Below, in pieces: positions 24,566 through 27,659 of a DNA stretch of 27,659 nucleotides. Each line of letters starts with the position of its first letter. The stretch's first letter is position 1. The position numbers and the translations under genes were made by a program. Below the pieces are notes generated by a model. That model worked only from the letters and a program-made list of their open reading frames with translations. It was not told the DNA's origin and did not search any database. The DNA is from a virus (Duplodnaviria > Caudoviricetes), in the IMG/VR virus record IMGVR_UViG_3300029807_000015, positions 1-27,659 of that record, one strand, 5' to 3'.

Positions 24566-27500
24566 ATGCCTAGATTCAGTGGTATTCCTGTTGATGATGA
24601 TTTAGCCAAGCCTAATCGTTTTGGCGGTATTCCTGTCGATGATGACTTAGTCAAGCCTAATCGTTTTGGCGGTATTCCTGTTGAACAAGAAGAACCAGAA
24701 GATTCTTTATGGGCTTCGTTTAAAACTAATTTAAAAGCAGGTATTGATGAATTTGGTGCAAGACAAGATTTTAAACAAATCATGCATCATTTAAAAACAA
24801 TCAATAAAGTTGAGCCCGCAGGTCGCGCTCCATTATATGTAAGTCCTACTAAATATTCTGAAGAAGCTGTTAATTATGCCCACGTAGAATTACAAAAAAA
24901 TCTTAAAAGTTTAAATAAAAATTTGAAACAAGTAGAACAAGCACCTATGTCTGAAAATAGTCAGCGTATGATGCGTGCTGAAAGTTTTAGTGAAGCTTGG
25001 GATTTATTTAATAGAGACCCTATTACTGCAATTGTTGAAATAGGAGCGCGTAGTTTACCTGCTAGTACAGTATCTATGTTATCAGGTGCTTTAGGTGCTC
25101 TTGGGGGTCCTGCGGGGTTTGCGACAGGATTGGGGATATCATCGGGGCTAAATGAATACGATGCCTCTATAATGCAAGCTCTACAAGAAGAAGATATTAA
25201 TATTGGCGATCTAGAAAGTATAAAAGCCGCAACAAATAATATTGATTTAATGAATAAAGTTAAGCAACGTGCTTCTGTAAAATCTGCAATAATAGGAACC
25301 GTAGATGCTTTATCAGGGGGCTTAGCAGCTAAGACATTAGTTCCAGAAGTAATAAAATCTGTAGCGGCCAGGCAGTTAATTAACGTTCCTGCTCAAACAT
25401 TGGCACAGGCCGCTTTAGGTGGTGCTGGTGAAGCATTAGGAGAGTTTGCCGCAACAGGTGAAATAAGACCGGGTGAAATTGTAGCTGAAGCAATAGGTGA
25501 AACTTTTACAGCTCCAGTAGAAGTTTTAGTTGCGACCACTGCCAGAAGAAAAACAATAATGGAAGACGTTATTGATGCAAAAGATGATATAGCAGCTTCT
25601 ACTTCTGTTGATGAAGCTCTAGGTAAAGCTGATAACGAAATAGCTGCCAGTCTTAGAGAAGAAATTATACGCGAGCCTGAGCCAGCACCTGTATTAGAAC
25701 CTGAACCAGCACCTGTACTAAAACCTGAACCCGCGCCTGCATTAGAACCTGAAGTAGCGCCTGCATTAAAACCTGAACTGATACCTGAGCCTGTTAATGA
25801 ATTCGCACGAGAGAATGCCCGGATACGTGGTGAAGATAAAACAATATGGAATAAGGCGGTTAAAGTTTTAGCGGATCAACTCAGACCCGGAGGGTTAATG
25901 CCAAGGAAAGCGTATAAACTTTCAAGGCAATTATCTGCTAAAGATCGTCTGGCCAGTTTTGATATAGAAAATATGGTTGCTGATTTAGAAGATGCCGTGA
26001 AAGGAGATTTTGGCGTTAAAATAACTGAGATGAGACCTGAGAGTCTTAATAATTTATCAAGTTCTCTTAAAGGTGCTATATCAGATACATTACCTGAAAA
26101 AACTAAAACTTCTATATTAGCTATGCGTCAATATATAGATTCCTTTTCTGAAAAATACGCGACCTTTTTACAAAATCAAGTTAGCCATTTAGTTAACCAG
26201 GCTGAAGAGACCGGGAACGCTCAATTAATGGAAGAAGCCGGATTAAAAGCTGATCTTATGTCTAAAATATTGGGTAATGTAGGCAATTATGTTAATAGGT
26301 CTTATGCTATATTTGATGACCCTGATCATGCTAAAAATATAACTGATGATGTATTAAATGATGCCAGGGGTTATTTAGCTACCGAGCATATAAATAGAGG
26401 TGAAAGTCCTGATAATGCGCGTGTTTTAGCTGAACAAAATGTTAGAGAAATATTGGACGCAGGGGCTGAGCACAGTGACCTTGTGTCATTCTTTTCCAGC
26501 CCCAGATTAGGTGCTAAAAATCTCAACATATTAGTTAAAAGAAAAGATATTGCGCCTGAAATACGCGCCCTTATGGGCGAATACGTAGATCCACGTATTA
26601 ACTTTATTACTACGGCTACCAAGCTTTCTCGGCTCGTTCATACTCAAGACTTTTTAAATTCAGTACGTGAAGCGGGTATGGGCGATTTTTTATTCGAAGA
26701 TAACGTTAAACGACCCCCTGAAGCATCTATAAAAATAGCTGCTGACAAAGCTGAAACTTATTCTCCTTTAAATGGGCTATACACCACACCTGAAGTAGCA
26801 AAAACTTTTAAAGAAACCTTTGCTACTAAAAATGTTGATGGGTGGCTTAATACTTTATTAACTGTAAATGCCGCTGTTAAATTAGGTGCCACAGTACTAT
26901 CTCCTTCCACATCATCTGTTAACTTTTTATCTAATGCGCTTATTATGGTCGCTAATGGTGATACTGATTTTACAAAAACAATGATTTCAGTAAGAAATCT
27001 CAGTAATTATATGAAACGCGGTGGCGATAAAGTTAAAAAAGAATATGTTAGAGAACTTATATCATTAGGTGTTATACAAGATAGTGCTAATGCTACTGAG
27101 ACTTTACGATTATTAGACGAAACTAAATTGCATGAAATAATACCTGAAGGCACTAAAGAAATTACCGGGCGGGGCTGGCATAATGTAAAAATGTTTTATC
27201 AATTAGGCGATGATTTTTGGAAAATAGCAGCTTATGAAAATAAAAGGGACCAATTACGTGAGTATACTGATTTAAATGAAGAAGAAATAAAAGTTAAAGC
27301 TGGCGAATTAGTTCAAGAAAGGTACCCTACATATAGCATGACAGGAAAATTAGTGCAATCACTGAGGCGCTTTCCGGTAACTGCACCTTTCTTACCCTGG
27401 TCCTCTGAAATTATACGAATAAATTACAAAATATTAGAAAGTATAGAACAAGATATTAAAGACCCTAAAATGCGTACTTTAGGGCTGAAAAGATTAATAG

Positions 27501-27659
27501 GTTACGGTGCCGCATCTACGCTTACTTATGGCATGGCTGCTGTGTCAAGAGGCTTGATTGATGTTAGTGATGAAGAAGATAAAGCCGCTAAAACTTTAAT
27601 GCCTGAATGGGATCAAAATGCTAATATTGTCTACACCGGGCGAGATAAAGATGGAAATC
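24566..27659 (+). CDS. Large internal virion/ejection protein, truncated at window end (>1031 aa), not in ORF track
   Basis: ATG directly follows the TAA at 24563-24565. MPRFSGIPVDDD…, Gly/Ala hydrophobic segments (GALGALGGPAGFATGLG), GNYVNRSY, and the same frame reads …PEWDQNANIVYTGRDKDGN at the edge. No stop seen in the parts I translated. Confidence 0.8.
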   Translation, partial: MPRFSGIPVDDDLAKPNRFGGIPVDDDLVKPNRFGGIPVEQEEPEDSLWASFKTNLKAGIDEFGARQDFKQIMHHLKTINKVEPAGRAPLYVSPTKYSEEAVNYAHVELQKNLKSLNKNLKQVEQAPMSENSQRMMRAESFSEAWDLFNRDPITAIVEIGARSLPASTVSMLSGALGALGGPAGFATGLGISSGLNEYDASIMQALQEEDINIGDLESIKAATNNIDLMNKVKQRASVKSAIIGTVDALSGGLAAKTLVPEVIKSVAARQLINVPAQTLAQAALGGAGEALGEFAATGEIRPGEIVAEAIGETFTAPVEVLVATTARRKTIMEDVIDAKDDIAASTSVDEALGKADNEIAASLREEIIREPEPAPVLEPEPAPVLKPEPAPALEPEVAPALKPELIPEPVNEFARENARIRGEDKTIWNKAVKVLADQLRPGGLMPRKAYKLSRQLSAKDRLASFDIENMVADLEDAVKGDFGVKITEMRPESLNNLSSSLKGAISDTLPEKTKTSILAMRQYIDSFSEKYATFLQNQVSHLVNQAEETGNAQLMEEAGLKADLMSKILGNVGNYVNRSYAIFDDPDHAKNITDDVLNDARGYLATEHINRGESPDNARVLAEQNVREILDAGAEHSDLVSFFSSPRLGAKNLNILVKRKDIAPEIRALMGEYVDPRINFITTATKLSRLVHTQDFLNSVREAGMGDFLFEDNVKRPPEASIKIAADKAETYSPLNGLYTTPEVAKTFKETFATKNVDGWLNTLLTVNAAVKLGATVLSPSTSSVNFLSNALIMVANGDTDFTKTMISVRNLSNYMKRGGDKVKKEYVRELISLGVIQDSANATETLRLLDETKLHEIIPEGTKEITGRGWHNVKMFYQLGDDFWKIAAYENKRDQLREYTDLNEEEIKVKAGELVQERYPTYSMTGKLVQSLRRFPVTAPFLPWSSEIIRINYKILESIEQDIKDPKMRTLGLKRLIGYGAASTLTYGMAAVSRGLIDVSDEEDKAAKTLMPEWDQNANIVYTGRDKDGN
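24572..24684 (+). repeat. 45-nt tandem repeat x2.5 (RFGGIPVDDDLxKPN)
   Basis: ggtattcctgt at 24581, 24626 and 24671. Confidence 0.9.
25673..25792 (+). repeat. 24-nt tandem repeat x5 (EPEPAPVL-type linker)
   Basis: EPEPAPVL EPEPAPVL KPEPAPAL EPEVAPAL KPELIPEP. Confidence 0.85.

Noticed and set aside
24572-24684. 45-nt periodic repeat as a mini CRISPR array
   Set aside because: Whole units repeat with no unique spacers, the period is a multiple of 3, and it lies inside a CDS.
2414-26622. Other short minus-strand or nested ORFs in the track (e.g. 2414, 4843, 5760, 7109, 7634, 8755, 13448, 14596, 19649, 20059, 23974, 24562, 26371)
   Set aside because: They overlap well-supported + strand genes in a one-directional operon and show no recognisable motifs.
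1-27659. Alternative genetic code
   Set aside because: TAA, TAG and TGA all end genes at sensible junctions and coding density is already near complete with the standard code.

Overview
This window is the virion structure and assembly region of an AT-rich tailed phage with podovirus-like architecture (or a prophage of that type). Every credible gene is on the + strand and tightly coupled. Order: probable 3' tip of an upstream gene, two AT-rich paralogous ORFs, four small beta-rich ORFs, portal, small ORFs, scaffold, N4-gp56-type major capsid protein, probable decoration protein, a 1079-aa repeat fibre with an S74-type chaperone, head-tail adaptor, nozzle, a tandem-domain HNH endonuclease, a second paralogous 769-aa fibre, a 730-aa protein with about 47 in-phase 11-residue repeats, a GNAT-like protein, and four probable ejection proteins. 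The last of these (24566 to the end, >1031 aa) is missing from the ORF track. The most unusual points are the long hendecad protein, two fibres sharing a 50-aa super-repeat (one in the head module), a possible -1 frameshift at the GNAT start, and recurring TAACATT/AATGTTA palindromes. I found no RNA genes, CRISPR array, integrase or reverse transcriptase. All product calls come from motif recognition and gene order, not database searches.
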